Of a DNA stretch of 64,000 nucleotides, positions 61,678 through 64,000 are shown piece after piece. Each line of letters opens with the position of its first letter. Positions within the stretch are counted from its first letter, which is position 1. Source of the stretch: an uncultured Acidobacteriota bacterium (lineage in GTDB: Bacteria; Acidobacteriota; Thermoanaerobaculia; Multivoradales; DATKCC01); assembly GCA_963837945.1 (NCBI GenBank), contig CAWIQD010000024.1, positions 11,469-75,468 of the forward strand, given 5' to 3'. The notes beneath the pieces are model-generated. The model did no database searches and was not told the origin of the DNA. It saw nothing but the letters and a program-made list of their open reading frames with translations. A program made the translations under genes and the position numbers.

Positions 61678-63792
61678 CTACGACCCGATGCCGCCCAGAA
61701 TGCGTTGCGCCTCGCCGCGCTCGGCGGCGTAGCCCGCCTCGGGCGCCGCCGCCAGGAAACGGCCCAGGGCCTTGCGCGCGGTGCCCGCGTCGCCGATCCT
61801 GGCCGCGACCGAGCCCAGGTTGAACAGGACGTCGAGGTTGTCCGGATCGAGGGTCGCGGCGCGCTTCCAGGCCTCGACCGCGGTCTTCGGATCGCCGAGG
61901 TTGAAGTAGGCGATCGCCAGGTTGTTCCAGGCGTTGGGCCGGCGGCCCTCGAGGGCCAGGGCGCGGCGGGCGGCGTCGCGCGCTTCGGCGTAGCGCCGGC
62001 GCTGGATCGCCACGAAGGAGAGGGTCTCGAGCGGCCGCGGGTCCCGGGGCCGGGCGCCGGCCGCCTTCTCGAGGACGGAGGTCGCCTCGTCGTAGCGCCC
62101 GAGCGCGGCGTACGCCAGGGCGAGGGCGTTCTCGGTGTCGGCGTCGGAGGCGTCCGGGTCCACCGTCTCGAGCAGCTTCACCGCTTCGGCCGGGCGCCCG
62201 GCCCGCACCAGGCTCAAGCCGAGCTGCTGGCGCAACGCGGCGTTGGCGGCGCCGGCCCGGTCGGCCGCTTCGAGGAGCGCCAGGGCTCCGGCGTTGTCGT
62301 CGCGCTGGAGGAGGATCCGCGTGAGGTACTCGTAGGCCACCGTCATCGTCGGGCGGGCCGCCACGATCTCGCGGCCCAGCCGCACCGCCTCATCGTACCT
62401 CCCCGCGGTGTAGAGCTGCACCATCGAGTTGAGCTTGCGGTCGAGCTCGATCAGGTTCTTGGGGTCGTCCTCCGGGCCGTAGGCGGCCTTGCCGGGGGCC
62501 GAGCCGCCGAGGTAGCCCAGGCTCCGGAGCTCGGCCGCCTCCTCCGGCGCGACCGTGCCCGCGGCCGGCGGCCAGACCGACTCGCGGGGGAGCGTCGCGG
62601 CCAGCTCGTGGGCCTCGCGCGGGCGGTCCTGGAAGAGGTTCCGGGTCTCCCCGGGGTCGGCCGCCAGGTCGTAGAGCTCCGGGATCGGCAGCTCGATCAG
62701 CTTGACGTGGCGCCGGATCACGCCGCGCAGCGGCGCGGCGCCGAACTCGAGGTTGGGCGAGAGCGATTCGAAGTAGGCCGTGCGCGAGGAGTCGGCGGGG
62801 CCGACCAGCGAGCGGCCCGGCAGATCGGCGGGCGGGGCGACGCCCAGCAGAGCGAGCGCGGTGGGCATCAGGTCGACGTGCTGGGCGAGGCGGCCGTCGC
62901 TTCCCGGCTCGACGCCCGGGCCCCAGAGGACCATCGGCACCCTCAGGGTCGGCTCGTAGGCGAAGAAGCTGTGGGTCGCCTCGCCGTGCTCGCCCAGGGC
63001 CTCGCCGTGATCGGCGGTGAACACGATCAGGGTGGGCGCCTCCCGGCCCGCCAGGAAGCCGTCGAGGAGCGGCGCCAGGTAGGAGTCGACCGCCGCCACC
63101 TCCCCGAGGTAGGGCTGGCCCCCGGCGAAGCGCGCGGGCGGAGCGTACGGGGCGTGCGGATCGAAGAGATGGAGCCAGAGGAAGCGCCGGCGGCCCCGGT
63201 TCTCCCGCCACCAGCGGCTGCCGCGCTCCACCACCTCGCTGCCCGGCCGCTCGGGGTAGGTGAACAGATGCTCGCCCTGGCCTTCCCTGCCGCCGCCGAA
63301 GTCGTCGTCGTAGACGTCGAAGCCGCGGTCGAGGCCGTAGCGCGAGTCGAGGGCGAAGGAGCCGACGACGGCGGCGGTGGCGTAGCCGGCGGCGTGCAGC
63401 ACCGTCGCCAGCGTCGGGACGTCCGGGCCGAGCTTGAAGCCGCCGTTGTTCCTCACGCCGTGCTGGTAGGGATAGAGGCCGGTCAGGATGTTGGTGTGGG
63501 AGGGCAGAGTGACCACGTTCTGGGCGTGGGCGTCGGTGAAGACGCGGCCGGCGGCGGCCAGCCGGTCGAGGGCCGGGGTCGCGACCTCGGTGTTGCCGGC
63601 GAAACCGAGGGCATCGGAGCGCAGGGTGTCGACGGTGATCAGGAGGAGGTTCTCGGGCGGGCCCGCCGGGGCGGCAGCGGGGGACGAGGCGGCCGGGGCC
63701 GGGTCGGCGCTCCCGCCCCCCTCGCGGTCCGCCGGCCGGTCCGTGCAGCCCGCCAGGACGAGCAGGGCGGCGAGCGCCGCCCACGCCCTCAC
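61678..63792 (-). CDS. Sulfatase-like hydrolase/transferase + TPR lipoprotein, paralog 4
   Basis: The GTG start overlaps the upstream stop (GTGA), giving MRAWAALAALLVLAGC (lipobox). LLLITVDTLRSDALGF...NVVTLPSHTNILTG...FTADHGEALGEHGE. Confidence 0.6.
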   Translation of the reverse strand: MRAWAALAALLVLAGCTDRPADREGGGSADPAPAASSPAAAPAGPPENLLLITVDTLRSDALGFAGNTEVATPALDRLAAAGRVFTDAHAQNVVTLPSHTNILTGLYPYQHGVRNNGGFKLGPDVPTLATVLHAAGYATAAVVGSFALDSRYGLDRGFDVYDDDFGGGREGQGEHLFTYPERPGSEVVERGSRWWRENRGRRRFLWLHLFDPHAPYAPPARFAGGQPYLGEVAAVDSYLAPLLDGFLAGREAPTLIVFTADHGEALGEHGEATHSFFAYEPTLRVPMVLWGPGVEPGSDGRLAQHVDLMPTALALLGVAPPADLPGRSLVGPADSSRTAYFESLSPNLEFGAAPLRGVIRRHVKLIELPIPELYDLAADPGETRNLFQDRPREAHELAATLPRESVWPPAAGTVAPEEAAELRSLGYLGGSAPGKAAYGPEDDPKNLIELDRKLNSMVQLYTAGRYDEAVRLGREIVAARPTMTVAYEYLTRILLQRDDNAGALALLEAADRAGAANAALRQQLGLSLVRAGRPAEAVKLLETVDPDASDADTENALALAYAALGRYDEATSVLEKAAGARPRDPRPLETLSFVAIQRRRYAEARDAARRALALEGRRPNAWNNLAIAYFNLGDPKTAVEAWKRAATLDPDNLDVLFNLGSVAARIGDAGTARKALGRFLAAAPEAGYAAERGEAQRILGGIGS

Positions 63793-64000
63793 GAGCCTCC
63801 CCCGTCGAGGGCGTCGAGGGCCCGGCGGAACCACTCGCTGCCGAGCTCGACGTAGTGGCTGGCGCCCGGGATCTGGACGTAGGTCACGTGCTCGAAGCCT
63901 TCCTTCTCCATCGCCCGGTAGGTCGCGCCGGTCTGCAGGCGGTTGAAGTCGACCTCGCCGGTCACCAGGACGAAACGGCTCGCGCGGCGCAGCCGGTCGA
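63789..64000 (-). CDS. 3' end of a gene extending beyond the window (possible alpha/beta-hydrolase-like C-terminus)
   Basis: ...FVLVTGEVDFNRLQTGATYRAMEKEGFEHVTYVQIPGASHYVELGSEWFRRALDALDGGGS stop. Confidence 0.3.
   Translation of the reverse strand, partial: DRLRRASRFVLVTGEVDFNRLQTGATYRAMEKEGFEHVTYVQIPGASHYVELGSEWFRRALDALDGGGS

Noticed and set aside
1-64000. Search for cas genes (Cas1, Cas2, Cas4, Cas6, Cas10, Cas3, Cas5, Cas7, Csm/Cmr, RT-Cas1)
   Set aside because: None of the credible ORFs has the corresponding motifs. The only nuclease-like small proteins are VapC, a PIN-like protein and Uma2, none of them Cas-specific.

Overview
This is a high-GC (~70%) Gram-negative chromosomal segment, most plausibly from an Acidobacteriota-like organism. 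The taxonomic guess is an inference from gene content: TIGR03436-type VWA proteins, CarboxypepD_reg TonB receptors, TPR fusions and FG-GAP/ASPIC proteins.

The dominant feature is a pair of large, same-orientation CRISPR arrays at ~24-2621 (34 repeats) and ~5983-9584 (49 repeats). They carry two sibling 37-nt repeat variants whose 3' ends (GGGATTGCGAC) match the Thermus-type Cas6 8-nt handle AUUGCGAC. I recognised no cas gene anywhere in the 64 kb.

The arrays are separated by a mobile-element-like insert:
- an IS1-family transposase (3052..4116, +)
- a small ribbon-helix-helix (RHH) protein
- a translationally coupled hypA-radC-hypB operon

The rest is mostly envelope and housekeeping content:
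- a Uma2 endonuclease
- a nadK-tamB-tamA operon (TAM translocation module)
- tlyA and trm112
- a lipid A / envelope glycan modification cluster (PagL-like, ArnT-like GT39/GT83, ArnC-like GT2)
- an accessory islet containing vapBC, a DinB-like protein, a PIN-like protein and an HTH/ImmA-IrrE metallopeptidase
- a porin / membrane / FMN-binding-like operon
- ymdB, rny and zapA
- tandem VWA (TIGR03436-like) proteins
- a 40-64 kb locus with a TonB-dependent receptor, four paralogous lipoproteins that fuse a sulfatase-family (PF00884) N-terminal domain carrying Thr where sulfatases carry Cys/Ser to a C-terminal TPR domain, an amidinotransferase-fold protein, a SAM methyltransferase, GT39, TPR and FG-GAP proteins

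Oddities worth a second look:
- a strong 5'-A/AT bias at spacer starts
- covariation between the two repeat variants that preserves a UUCG hairpin
- a 281-bp palindromic MITE-like element abutting the vapB start
- a ~540-bp low-GC insert encoding a Cys-rich secreted peptide, flanked by 231-bp direct repeats of a gene's 3' end
- at least seven apparent single-nucleotide frameshifts in conserved genes, which suggests indel errors in the assembly

All coordinates I derived by hand, as opposed to ORF-track coordinates, are approximate to +/-2 nt.
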